64,000 nucleotides of DNA from positions 19,020,642 to 19,084,641 of the forward strand of contig CP154954.1 of assembly GCA_039621445.1 (NCBI GenBank). Direction: 5' to 3'. The first letter of the stretch is position 1. Each line of letters opens with the position of its first letter. The stretch comes from Euglena gracilis (lineage: Eukaryota). Position numbers and translations under genes: made by a program. Positions 25,637 to 37,979 of this stretch are shown piece after piece. Below the pieces are notes generated by a model. That model had not been told where the DNA came from and did not search any database. It saw only the letters and a program-made list of their open reading frames with translations.

Positions 25637-27497
25637 GTGGTCAGGCACGTTTTCCATTAGGGCGCCGTTTTTTGGGTCTGAATTTCATATTTTCGCGTTT
25701 TTGACCCCTTGCGTGACTCATGACCATGAATTTCAGGGCAGGCATTTGGCGGGCTCTGAACACGTTTTTAAACAAATTGTGGTTGAGCCCAGATTTCAGC
25801 CTGAAAACGTGTTCAGGGGGCCCCCTTCAGGAGCCCCCTCCTGAACACGTTTTCAGGCTGAAATCTGGGCTCAGCCACAATTTGTGTGTAGAAAATTGAC
25901 ATTTTTTGGCCGAAATGGCAGAGTCCAAAGGGGGGGGGGGGCTTATCCAGGGGGGGGGGGGGGGGCCAATCCTACCCAGTTTGGACCCCTTCGCGCGTGA
26001 ATAACTCGGGCCTGGCGGGGAGTTGGGGGTCAAACCCAGGTTTTCAGAAAATTCAGAAACTAGAAATCCAGTCGCTTGCGACTGAAATTTTTTTTTCCGG
26101 AACGGGGCCGGGATCATGGTGATAATCCGCCGGTTCCCGAGGTGGCCCCGAGGGGGGGGGGGTCGGGGGGGGGTTCCCCCGGTGGTAAGCTTCGCTCTTA
26201 CCCTAAAGGGATAAGAGCTCAGCGACCCCCCATATAAGACCCCCTGGGATTTTGGCTCCCGAGGGAGGGTCAACCTTCGGCTTCTCAGCATCTTGCTGGT
26301 ACACCGCAAGAGCAGCCAGGAACACTTCCGTCTTAGGGGGAGGTGGCAAAAGGCCATTCACAAAGTTTGCCGTGCGTTTGGCCATGGGGGGAGGGCTGTG
26401 CGGGAAAAAAGGGGGGTAACACGTTTTCCATTGGAGATCAGGCGGTGAACTTTGGGTTTTTCGGGCGGGACCCCCCACCCCCCCCTTCATTGGAAATACA
26501 TGGACGAACTTCACCGGTGGAGCTTTGGCAGGGGGGGGGGAGGGGGGGTCCCGAGGACAGTTTTTTTTTTTTCATTTTTTGGCACTTTTTGCTGTACTGT
26601 CTCAACACAGGGGGGGGGGTCCTGGTAAACTGCCAACCCCCCCCTCAAAAATTGGCCAAAAACCGGCGCCGGAAAAAATTTTTAGGGCCTTTTTTTGGTC
26701 TAAAAAGGCCATTTTTGGTGACAAAATGTTCATCTGTCTCGGGGGGGTCGGCACTAGGACTAGGGGGGGGGGGGGCCAAAAATGCCAAAAGGAAAGGGGG
26801 GGGGGGGGGGGGGGTCCCGCAAAAAACCCAACTGGACTGCCGTCGCCCCGGTGAACTTCATCGTTGAAGTTACCCGGTGAGGTTACTCCATGAAATTCCT
26901 TTAGGGGCGGGGCCCCCACCCCCCCCCCCCCACCCCTGCCTAACCTCGATTAGGGCATCTGTGGCAATGACACGTTTTCCATCAGGGCATCTGTGGCAAT
27001 GACATGTTTTCCATTACCATGGAGGTTAGGCAGGGGTGGGGGGGGGGGCTGTGGACCCCCCCGGTGAGAGTTCACCGGTGAACATTCACCGGGGGGGAGG
27101 GGGGGGTACTTTCGGCGGTGAAGTTCACCGGTGAAGTTCACCGGTGAACTTCACCGTTTTGATGGTTGGGGGTGAAATTTTCACTGGTACAATTTTGCTC
27201 CTTTCCTCTCAAAATGGTCATTTTGAGGTTGATGCTTCATGGAATTTTATCGAAATTTCCGAAAACTTGCCCAAAGTGCCATTTTTGGCCATTTTTGGCC
27301 AAAAAAGTACTCTCTTGGTGAACTTCACTGGTGAAATTCACCGATGGGTTAGGCAGGGGGGGGGGGAGGGGGTCCGGGACCCCCCCGGTGAACTTTCAAA
27401 CGGTGAACTTCACCATAGGGGGGGGGGGGGGGGGGTCAAAATGACCAAAGTCTACTGCCTGATCTCCCATGCCCCCCCCCCCATATAAGACCGCACC

Positions 27498-27715
27498 TTG
27501 CTGGCACAGGGCAACACGAAGAAAAAGTCTGGCTCCGTAGGTGCAGAGCTTGCTGTTGCCAACTGTTTGGAGTTCGCCAAACTGTGTCAACATCGGCAAG
27601 CATCTTATCCTGAGCTGGATGATTTCTTTGTTGCCTTGACGAGATGGGAGCTGGAACCCAGCCTGTTGTTCGATGAGGCGAGCGTCATTGAACAATGTGT
27701 GGCTCAATGTGAGCA
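27498..27715 (+). CDS. Possible upstream exon of the host gene (boundaries unresolved)
   Basis: Non-repetitive, protein-like stretch (ELAVANCLEFAKLCQ...LDDFFVALTRWELEPSLLFDE) on the same strand. No junction could be fixed. Confidence 0.45.
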
Positions 27716-28483
27716 GCAGTCGGGAACTATGTTCGTTTCAGGGAATCGTTCACAACCTCTTTTCCCCTAATGAATGCCCCCCCCCTAATTGACCAAAACG
27801 CCCCGAGGGAAAATTTTTTCGACCCCCCCCTAATTGAAAACTGCCCGGGGGATTCTGTGCTGAACACCCCCTAATTGACGGTACCCCACCCCCCCCCTAA
27901 TTGACGCCCCCCCCCCCTAATTGAACCCCCCCCCCTAATTGACCAAAAGGGGGGTCCCGTGGAGAGGTCCCACGGTCAATTAGGGGGGGGGGATGGTGGT
28001 ATGTTCGTTTCAGGGAATCGTTCACAACCTCTTTTCATACATACGTGAATGTCGGGATGGCGCTGTATTGCTGTCTGTTTTCCCCGTTCAGGGTGGCATT
28101 TCCTGTCCTTTCTTGACCCCTGAAACCGTGTATGGGGGCTCCACCCAAACCGGTGTCCCAGACACCGGTTCGGGTGGGGCGAGGTACGCGGGGGACGTCC
28201 AGGCGATTGGCTTCTCTGTGATCGTTGCGGCTGTGGCACAACAGTGCTTGCCTAGCATTTCCTCCACTCATTCATGCATTCATGTCCCTGTTCTTTGGAA
28301 ATGACTCCCAGCCAGGGACACAGACCCGGGCGGGAAATTTCTGCTCGAGTCTGTGCCCCAGACACAGGCTCGGGCGTGAGTCTAGAGACTCAAAAAATGT
28401 GTCCCAGACGCTGGTTCAGGTGTGAAGGCGTGGACACATTAATTGATCAATTGGGTTGATTGATTCATTGATTAACTGATTGA

Positions 28484-28688
28484 GTTTCACCTTCTCAGGG
28501 CATCAAATATTTATTGAGCAGCAAGCTCACATTGCCATGGCACGGGGTCCCTTGTGGGCTGAGTTCTCAGAGAAGTTGGAAGACTTCAAAAATGCCGAAA
28601 AGAACGCAAGGGTGTTGTTGCTGCAAGGGCAGAGATGTGCCTTCTTTGCTCTGAAGTTGGCTGTGCCGCAAACTTTGACTTTCACAGC
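28484..28688 (+). CDS. Host gene exon (5' boundary uncertain)
   Basis: Reads EQQAHIAMARGPLWAEFSEKLEDFKNAEKNARVLL...TFTA. Joins 30848 in phase 2 via ACC-CAGTATCCAAGA / TTTTGGACCCTG-CCAGT|G. Confidence 0.55.
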
Positions 28689-30847
28689 ACCCAGTATCCA
28701 AGAACGAAGATTGATGGATCTTTTTTGCAATGCTGCACTGGACACTAAAATGAGATACTGTGCGCGTGTGCGTGTGCGTGTGTCTGTGGTGCGCTGTGTG
28801 CAAATCCTTGGTATGACCCACTTGGGCGATCCTGCCCCTTGGGGAAGGGGGTTTTGTTCCTCAGGGGAAGGGGATTTTGTTCTTCATTTCAAAACATTGT
28901 TAGTTCAAGGTTTGATTTTCCCTCGCCTCACAAAGTTTTTTTAACCCCCAAAGACTCCATCCATTGGCCTTTGCATTCGAAGCAGCGCACAATGCAATGA
29001 AATCCCGACATGCGGCATTTGAAGCACGCCTTGAAGCTAAACAGGCAACAGACCATCGATTGCATCTGGACATGAGCTTTGCAGCCAGTGGTCAAAAGCC
29101 CTTCATTTGTGGACTGGAGTGAGAATGTGTTCGCAGTCACATCCATATCAACAACATATTTCCCTCCATTGTTGTGGTCAGGGGTCCGGTGAGAAAGGTT
29201 GGCCGGAAATAAAGGGGGGGGGAGTTTGTTGACTCTCTGTTGAAACGTGGTAAATTTGATGGAGTTTTTGGAACCTCCACACAAACTTACCAAACTCTAA
29301 GCACAATTTGAGCTCGGGCATAACAGATTTTCAATATTTTTTTTACCAAACCTCACAATTCAAAAGCGGGTCAAACACCTGAAAAAACTCAGAAATGAAA
29401 AACCTGGGGGGTAAGGAAAGTGGTATTTACCCCCCAGTTTTCAAGAAATTTCCAAAAAAAATGGCCAAAAAATGAGGCATAAACCCAGACTCATGCCCGA
29501 GCCGGGGTCTTGGACCCGTACTCGGGCGGGAATTTCTCACCCAAGTCCGGGTCCTAGATCCCGGCTCTGGCGTGAGTCTGGGGTTGAGGGAATTCCTTCC
29601 AAATGTGTCCGAGGACAGTTTCAAAAATACCAAAAATGCCACATTTTGTTTACAAAAGTGCCAAAATCCCAAGAGCCAACCCCAAAATTCATTGTGCCCC
29701 AAATGCCAAAGTTTATTTTCCCTTACTTCGGCAAGGCGTTGATGTAGGCTGCATCCCAAGAGCGAAGAGACAAACCAGCTTCCTGTGTTCATGTGTCAAC
29801 GAGAATGTTGTTTGTCAATGAAATGTTTTCCTGCAATCTATTGTGCAAATACCAAAAGAAATGCCATTAGCAAACGTCGCCGGTCCCCATGCCGACGGGA
29901 AAAAAGCCACATCCCCTTTCGGTAAAACCCCTCTCCCCTAACCGACACTAACTTATCTCGCTAACTAACACTAACACACCTAACCCTACCGAACCCCAAC
30001 AACTTAACACTGACCATTCAAATCTTGAAACGGAACTTATTCCTAATTCCAGTGACTTTTCTGGTTGACATATCGCAGATGCCATTTTTGTTCTCCTACA
30101 AAAAACTCTCCACTCTCCATTGCACATGAGCCACACCCAACCACCAACACAACACACCAACGAAGGCAACAAGAGGCACACACCCCTCCCCCCAAAGTGC
30201 CAAAAAAAAGCTAAATGTTGGTTACTAAAGTGCCATCAATGCCGAACTTTGGTTGCCATTGCTAAAAATGCAAAATGTTGGTTGTGAAAGTGCTGGAAAT
30301 GCAAATACCAAAGAGATTTTTGGTTACCAAAGTGTCCAAACCGGCACTTTGTTCACGACAAAATGCCAAGATTATTTCCCCAAAGTGCCAAAAATGACAA
30401 ACTTGGTCATTTTCCATTTCCAGCTTGCTCACAAATTTTGAGTCCGTTCCAATTTCGCGACCTGAAGGGTCTTAACTCTTTGCCCTAAACAGGGACTCAG
30501 ACCAGAACAGTGCCTAGGCCAAGGTTTTAGGGGGCACGGCGCTTTCGGCTTCTCAGGGGAGCGCTCCCCTAACTCTTGACCTAAACACAGTTCTTGGCAT
30601 AAAGACCTCTGCCAATTTTACCAAACTCACAACCTTGAGATCCCACAGCCCCCTCCCCTCCCCTGGGGGGGGTTGGCGACAAAAAAATGTGATGAATTTT
30701 TCTCCACTGACCACAATCCCCCTGAAAAACAAAGGGACAAAAAACTCGCCAGGACATCCTAAACAACCCCTCTCCCCAAGTTTTGGACACACTGCATTTT
30801 GGGTGCATGCAAACTTGCCACGACCCCAAGTTTTGGACCCTGCCAGT

Positions 30848-30954
30848 GGCGGAAACACTGGTGGAAGCTGTTGTTACGGAGGCTTTTCAGGCAGTCTGGT
30901 CTGAAGCTTTGCAGCGCGATCTCTGGCAGTTGAAGGAGGTGGAGGACCAGGAGA
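30848..30954 (+). CDS. Host gene exon
   Basis: Reads AETLVEAVVTEAFQAVWSEALQRDLWQLKEVEDQE. Intron 30955-32538 is GTT-CAGGGTT / AACCCTG-AGGGT|G, in frame. Confidence 0.75.
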
Positions 30955-32538
30955 GTTCAGGGTTGCTTGGGACGCCTTCTTCCTTCATCCCCCCAGGGAG
31001 GCATTTGTTGGGGAGGGGGCAGTTGGCCCTCCCCCCCACTCACAAGAAAGAGTGGACCCCCCGATTCCCAGGCTCCATCACGTTTGATGTCAGAATTGGG
31101 TTTGGGTCAGGGTTGGGATTAGCGATCAGGGTTCTGGGGTTTAGGCCCAATTTAGGCCTAATTTGGTCCAAATGGTGCCCCAAAATGAAAATGGATTCCA
31201 AACCCTACCTCCTGGAATTAACCCGAATCTTACCCGAAACAGGTGAACTTGCCCCACACAAGTGGCCCCACCCTGGCAGCACACCACCTACTCTCCCCCC
31301 CAGGTTACCCAGAGGCAGGGGCTGCTGAAAAAAGCTTGCCCCTGGTGCCCCCACCAGATTGGCCGCCCCTTGGGCGGCCTCGGACCCCCAAATGGCCAAT
31401 CTGGGGGGGGGGACAATCTTGCACGTTCACCATTTTTGACCAAAATGGCCGATTTGGGAAGTACACCAGATTGTCCCCCCCCTCGAGATTGGCCTTTTGG
31501 GTTTTGTAAGATACCCAGGCCAAATTGGCCGTTTGGTATTCGGAAATTTACCGTGCCAAATTGGCCGTTTTTTGTCATTTTTATACCCGTGAATTGGCCA
31601 AAAATTGGGGGGGAAAACTTGGAAAAAGTTTTACCCCCCCCCCATTGTCCATTTATTTTCTTTCAAGCATTGGCGACCAATGAATTGCCATTCCTTCTTT
31701 TCCAGGGCCAGTGGACAGTTGATGGCAAAGAATGAGCTGACAATTTTGCCACGTGACTTTTTTGGACAAAGGTTGGGCATGGCAGTTCTTTTCTGACCTG
31801 AAATGCTGAAATAGTAAGGGGGGACGCCAGTAACATCGAGTTCCTGTTCAGCTTCTCTTTTTTTCAGCAAGCTCACACCCTGCAGCATCCCCTGGTTTTA
31901 TGGGCACACAGGGTGGGGGTGGTATTTCAAACCCCCAGGGTGGGATTTTGGATTTTTTTTGTGTTTTTGGGTGTTTGGCAAAATTTGTCTTCTTTTGTGT
32001 TCATTTGTGTGTTTTTGTGTTTCCCCCCCCCCCGGCAATTTCTCCGTTTCTGCAAGGATTTTTTTTTTACTCAGAAAATTCTGCATTTTTATTCCGCCCC
32101 GATTTTCCCTCAGGCGAAAACGGGTTCTCATTTTTTGTTTTTATCGTATTTTTTGAAGTATGTGAGCAAAATCGAATTAACATTCATCTTAAAAATAGAA
32201 TTCTTGTTTCAAAAAAAGCAAAAAGAATTTGTTTTTTGGATGTTTTACATTTTTTTTGCTGTTTTGATCATGCCTTTTCTTTTTTGGAGGAAGAAGAAGA
32301 GTGTCCAAAACATGCCACTATGCATAACAATGTTTTTGAAAACATTTCAACAACTCTGTCAAAAAAGCTCCAAAAACCTTGTTCGTTGGAGTTTTATTCA
32401 AAGTATCAATCCGTTTCAAAAACAGGGGCATTTGATGTATTTGGCTATAATCGCCAGATGTTTCATATGCAAGTAGCCCAAGTATTTCCCCTCTCTTCCT
32501 CCCCCCCCAGAATTTCCCTCCCATGAAACCCTGAGGGT

Positions 32539-32583
32539 GGCAAGCATTGGTGGATGAGGAGGAGTCGATGCGCAGGCTCAATG
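32539..32583 (+). CDS. Host gene exon (3' boundary unresolved)
   Basis: Reads RQALVDEEESMRRL, continuing the previous exon. The link to the 35.1-kb exon was not solved. Confidence 0.65.
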
Positions 32584-35105
32584 GTTTGCCATTGCCATTG
32601 CTTTATTTTGTTTCCAAAGTCTTCAAGACCAGGCCAAAAAGACACTTTGACAACGAGCACCATCTCATTTCTCTGTGTTTTCTCCGATTGTTTTTCATAG
32701 GAGGGGTGATTGTGCACCACTTCCTGCTTGATCAGCTTGAGTTTTGTGAGTCTGAATGACATCGCTCTTGCAGAGTTTTTATTACCGAATTTAATTCAAC
32801 TTCATTGAATTATTTTTCTTTTGGCCACGAGCAACACCACACACACACGCACAGCCACCCACACCCAACACACAACCATACATGTTCAAGCCGGCACTTT
32901 GAGGAGACCAGAAAAGATCTGCCAGGGTGGACACCACCCATACCCCCCCCCCCCCATAAAGCGACCCCCAACCCGGACATTGGTCCAAAAAAGGCCAAAT
33001 TTTGACGGAGCCTTCAAAATAACCCAATTTCAGATTCTTTTCCGATCTGTTCACAAAGAGCTCTCTGAGATCTTTCTAAAAATGCATAAGAAGTTGGCCC
33101 AAAACTACTAGGTATCTTCCTACCACCATACCCCCCTGATTGACCAGGTTTGCAGAAGTGCTGAGCTCTTTGCATAGAATGGCAATCTGGGGTGATGATG
33201 CCTGCAGGCTCTTGCTTGAGCGTTCGCGGTACCCCACCCCCGGGGGGCACTGAGCTGCAGCTAGTCCGAATTTGGTCAGTGGAATTCCTAGTGGACCCTC
33301 CGGGGGGTATGTTAATGGAATTACACCAGAGTTAATTACACCAATTTACTCACCTGGCCAGGCGGAGCAACAACAAACAAAGCACTGGTGTGAGGGGCAC
33401 TCACTGGGCACCAGGCCACTCACCACACAGCAAACTGGGCCAGAAGTGAAGCTAGCACCGGCCATAAACAGACAAGAAGCCTTAGTGCAACTAAGGGTCT
33501 CTAAAATTTTGACTCCCAAAACTTGCCGAAAATGCCCATTTTTGGCCATTTTTGGTATTTTTTTTTTGGAGCAGAATCATCCAAAAAATAAATAGTAAAA
33601 ATCTCATTTTCCCACTGCCGGAGGAATTGTTTTTCCCAGTTGGGGGATCCCTGGACCCCTCCCCCTGGGGGGGGGGTCCGGAGTGTAGAGGGGGGGGGTT
33701 CAGCACAAGTGGTTGGTTTTCGCGTTAAGTGAGATATTTTGGGGCATTTTGGTGGCAGTTTCTGGATCAAAAATTGATCTTTCCCAAGAATCTGGAAAAT
33801 GAAGCAGAACCAAAGGAAATGTCCGGCAAATGAGGCCATTGGAACGCCCATCTAACCGTATTTTTACTTTCCCGTAACTCCGTACCAAGCCGGAGTGATG
33901 GCCATATTTATGCATTTGTTTATTTTATTTTTTTGTTTCTTTTATGGTCACGCGGCCCACCTTTTTTTGCCTGTTTTGAATTAGCCGTTCATCAGCCATT
34001 TTAGGACAAAAAAATCGCCCCCCCCCAAATGTCTCGAAAATGATGGAATCACTGGAGACCTAAAATATAGCCCTGGAGACCCTTTATCACCCCGCCGTGT
34101 AGGCCTCCAGGGCCAGCTGCACACTTTGTTTTTCTTTGTTAGTTGTTGTTTATTTGAGATTAATTTTTTTTGTATTCTTTATATTTTTAACACACAATTT
34201 TATTATTGAACCTTTTTCATTTATTTTTTTTGCTTTTTTCCCCTGATGTTTTTATTTTGCATTTTTTTGCTTCAATTTGTCTGCCATTCTTTGTATCAGT
34301 TTTGATTTTCCTCCTTTTTTTTCAAATTTCAGGGTTTGAATTGTGGTTGTGCTTTTGACACGTATCTGTTGCCCCCCACTGAGACACTGCACAACCCAAC
34401 GACCTCATTGTCTAACACCCAGGCGTTTGTCAAGGGCCCCGGGGAGTCACTGGCTAGCCACTAGAAGTGACTAGACACTGGCAAAAAGCCACTGACACCA
34501 AGCATTGAATTCTCACAAAGGAAAAATTTGGGGCATTGTTTCAAGCTGTTTCTCACCTCCCCAAACCTTTGCAGTAACATCCCAGGTTGACAAGGCAGAA
34601 GTTGAAAGCAGGGGGGTTTTTTTTAAAGCCGTGGACCCCCCGGGGGGGGTAGGGTGGGTGGGTTCGGCCGGATATACTATTTTTTTGGCATTTTTTTTGT
34701 GATTTTTGGTCATTTTTTGTGGAAAAGTGGTTGCCCCCCGGGACCCCCCCCCCCCCAAGAGGATGGGTGGGTCGGGGGGACCCCCCCTTCCCCCGGTCTT
34801 AAAAAAAACCCTGGAAGGTCTCAAACACGAATTCTGGGGGTTATGAATCCTGTATGTTGTGGTGACACATCTTAGGCACCCCAACTGACATCCCTGCTCG
34901 TCCTGGGGCACTGGATCACACCCTGATTGCATTATTTGGGTTTCGGGAGCCTGGTATTGCAATTTTCCCAAAAAATTGACGATGTCCGCATTTGCGCACA
35001 CGGACAAATCCTTAATCCTTAAGTGCGAGTGACACCGTCTAAGATTTAGGAATAGCCCGAGCTGATCACAAAGTGAGTGATAGTCTGTCCAGTGCCACTG
35101 CAATG

Positions 35106-35227
35106 GTCTTGCAGAGGCAGTGGGGGGTACCGCTGCTCGCCGAGCGCTGCATCTCCACCGAGCGGAACTGAGCCGCAAATATGCACAGCGCGCCATGCAA
35201 GCAGAAAGGGAGGAGCGGTTGTCCAAA
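35106..35227 (+). CDS. Host gene exon (5' boundary approximate)
   Basis: Reads AARRALHLHRAELSRKYAQRAMQAEREERLSK. Intron 35228-36019 is GTT-CAGAGCCAAG / CCTGGCTCTG-CATCA|G. Confidence 0.7.
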
Positions 35228-36019
35228 GTTCAGAGCCAAGCCTCTCTGATTCCTGAAGGAAAGGGAGAATGAAGACGGTCCAGTCTTACAGCCCTGAAGA
35301 AATTTGGTCTTCTGTTTGCAATTTTGAAATGCTGAACTGCGTTTCATGGGGTCAGATGGTTTAGGTGCGCCTGAGTGGGGGGGGGGCGAGTGGTTGGGTT
35401 TTCCAGTCCCTCTGCCCCGGGGGGGGGCACCACAGGCGAGAAGTGCAGCGAGAAGTGATGACAAAATGATGACAGGCCATAAGCTGACAAGAAGCCTTAG
35501 TGCAACTAAAGGGGTGGGGAATTACAAAAACCCCAGAAGCATCAAAAATATATTTACTCCCTCCTCATTTGGGCATCGGACCACATTTGCTTGCCCATGC
35601 GGGCCAGCTATATTTTTTCAAATTGAAATTTGAAATGCTTTTATGTCAGTATTTGAATGAGAAACAAGCAGGGTTGGGTTCAAGGATTTTCCCCACATGG
35701 GAAGGTGCTCCGACACATTTTGTCATTATTTGGGAATTTGGGACATAACTTTTGTACGCATTCCATTAGGAATGTATGGATTTGCTCTTTGAGGTCAAAA
35801 TCAAATGGGTGGTTTGCATCTGAAAGGGATGAAATGCAATTATTTCCTTTGGAGCTGAGAACAAAGCCAAAAAAATAGTCTATATTTTTATTCTGATTGT
35901 GCTCTCACAATTGCTTGCTTGTATGTTTATCTGGTGAATCTTTTTTTTTTCATGAAGTGATGGTGTACATGATGTATGCTCCTGATCTTTTGCAAAAAAT
36001 GCAACCTGGCTCTGCATCA

Positions 36020-36040
36020 GACTTTGCTATTCAAATGTGG
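36020..36040 (+). CDS. 21-nt micro-exon (DFAIQMW)
   Basis: Paired nonconventional junctions on both sides, both phase 0. Intron 36041-37589 is AAC-CAGGCTTTTCCA / TGGCGAAGCCTG-CTGGT|G. Confidence 0.7.
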
Positions 36041-37589
36041 AACCAGGCTTTTCCATTGGGAGCCAAGCAATGATGTATTTGCTCAAGTCTCGTAGTGCAA
36101 CTTTGTATTCTTCTGCTTGGTGAAGGCCATTCTTTTTGCATTTCATGGCTTTTACGAAATTTTACCTCAGTTTCTGCAAATTTTTATCATTTTCCCCATT
36201 TCAGCACATTTTTCTGTGCAGTTTTTGGACCCCCCATATCTGCCCTTGGGCGTCCACTGCATCTTGACAGCAGGTTCAGACGTTAGGTCAAGGAATTCCA
36301 CAGATGGACGGATTGTGACCTAACCCCCCCAAATAACCCCCCAAAAAGCACCCCCCCCCCTCAGGGGCCAATTTCAATTGCGCCCAAATAACACCCCCTG
36401 TTTTCCTTTGGTTTTCAATGTAAAAATACCCCCCCCCCCCAATAACACCCCCCCCTGGCACCCCAGTTCGGGTGCCCAAATAACACACTGGGGGTGTTAT
36501 TTGGGTGGGGGGGGGGTTACGTTGTTCAGGCCACCAACAGATGTTGCTCCTGTTGTTCAGGAGTGTGGCCTTGAAAAAGGCTACAGCATGAGCAATCCCG
36601 GGGTTCTAAATATCTGGTGTTCGATGATTTTCGGCAACTTGCAGGTTCGAAAACTTCCGGAACGCAGTGTGTGTGTGCATACGCGTACATTAACACATAC
36701 ATTCTAAACATACATCCACACATCATCATCATCATCATCATCATCACAACCGCATCCACACACCATCAGCAATCGCATTACCCCCCTTCTTTGAAATTTA
36801 TGCTCCCCCCAATTTGATTCAGTAAATTTGACTCAAAATGCATGGAAACACTTTGGAATGACCTTGAAACTGTCAAAAAACGTCACATATTCAAAAAATT
36901 TTCACCCCCGCCCAAAATACCATACCCCCCCCCTCAGTTAGTCACCCCTTGGGAGGGGAATTTGGCCAAGGGTGACTAATAGGGGAGGGTGACTAATTCG
37001 GGGGGGGGGGGCAATTTATGCCCAAATTTTGCCCCCTGCCCCAAGTCTTGGGGTTTCAAGGTTGTTTTTGGGCATTCCAGGGCACTTTTCATGGATGGCA
37101 ACCAGCAAAAAATTCTGACGACCAAATTCGGCTTTTTTTTAAGAAAAATATTTTCCTTCGGAAAAAATTGTTTTTGCCTGGGGGCCCAAAGATGACTTAT
37201 AGGGGGGGGGGCGACTAACTGAGGGGGGGGGAGGGCATGATAACCAAATCCCCTTGTGTGTGCCAGGCAAGGATGGCCACAGGTAAACGTCTAATGAACT
37301 CAGTGGGCCTACGGGGGGGGTGCTGCCCCCGGACCCCCCCGCCCAAAATAACAAAATCTTTTTGTGCGTGCAAGGCATGGATGGCCACGGGTAACCGTTC
37401 TAATGAACTTAGTCGGCCTACGGCCTCCTCCGAGGGGGGGGCAGCTCCCCCCCGCCGTACCCCCCGCCCAAAATAATCCGCAGCAGCTGTGTCAACACGT
37501 ACCCGCACACCAAGGTGCGCGCAGACAGGTGCGTCCAGTGCCAATTTGACATGAATCTGTCCGCGTCGTTTGTGGCGAAGCCTGCTGGT

Positions 37590-37693
37590 GACTTGAATGC
37601 TGAAGAGGCCGCAGCCCGGCGCCAGATAATGGCGGAGGAGCGGCTGGCCATGGCTAAGGCGCGCCACTCCGAGCTGCAGGCGTTCAAGGCACA
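37590..37693 (+). CDS. Host gene exon
   Basis: Reads DLNAEEAAARRQIMAEERLAMAKARHSELQAFKA. Intron 37694-37898 uses AAC-CAC / GTG-GAGGT|G. Confidence 0.75.
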
Positions 37694-37898
37694 AACCACC
37701 CGGCCATCAGCGATTCGGCAACCAGAACCGACGTTTAACAGCGTGGCGTTCACACGTGTACCTTTGCCAGATTGCAGGTGAAGTATTCTCCCTTCCCAAA
37801 AGGTCAACTGCATTATAGACTAAACCCTGCTGTCTTGAGTTGCCAGGCACACAAAGGGCCACGCCCCATCAGTGACATGGTGGGGGCGCGGTGGAGGT

Positions 37899-37979
37899 GT
37901 TCACTGCCCAGCGGCAGCAGCAGTCCCGCTTGCTGGCAAACCGGCTCAAGGCGGAGGAGGCTGCAAAGCGCCAGTTGCA
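37899..37979 (+). CDS. Host gene exon
   Basis: Reads FTAQRQQQSRLLANRLKAEEAAKRQL. Intron 37980-40336 is AAC-CAGGCTGAAT / AATTGGCCTG-TTGCT|G. Confidence 0.75.

Noticed and set aside
29935-31160. Degenerate CCCTAA/TTAGGG-like tracts (also ~43000, ~45260, ~49470)
   Set aside because: Too degenerate to call telomeric repeats; treated as low-complexity intronic sequence.
32570-35114. Candidate junctions linking the 32.5-kb and 35.1-kb exons (e.g. GT-AG 32584-32700; paired 32730-35069)
   Set aside because: No combination kept the frame without assuming a homopolymer error at ~35122-35127, so I left it unresolved.
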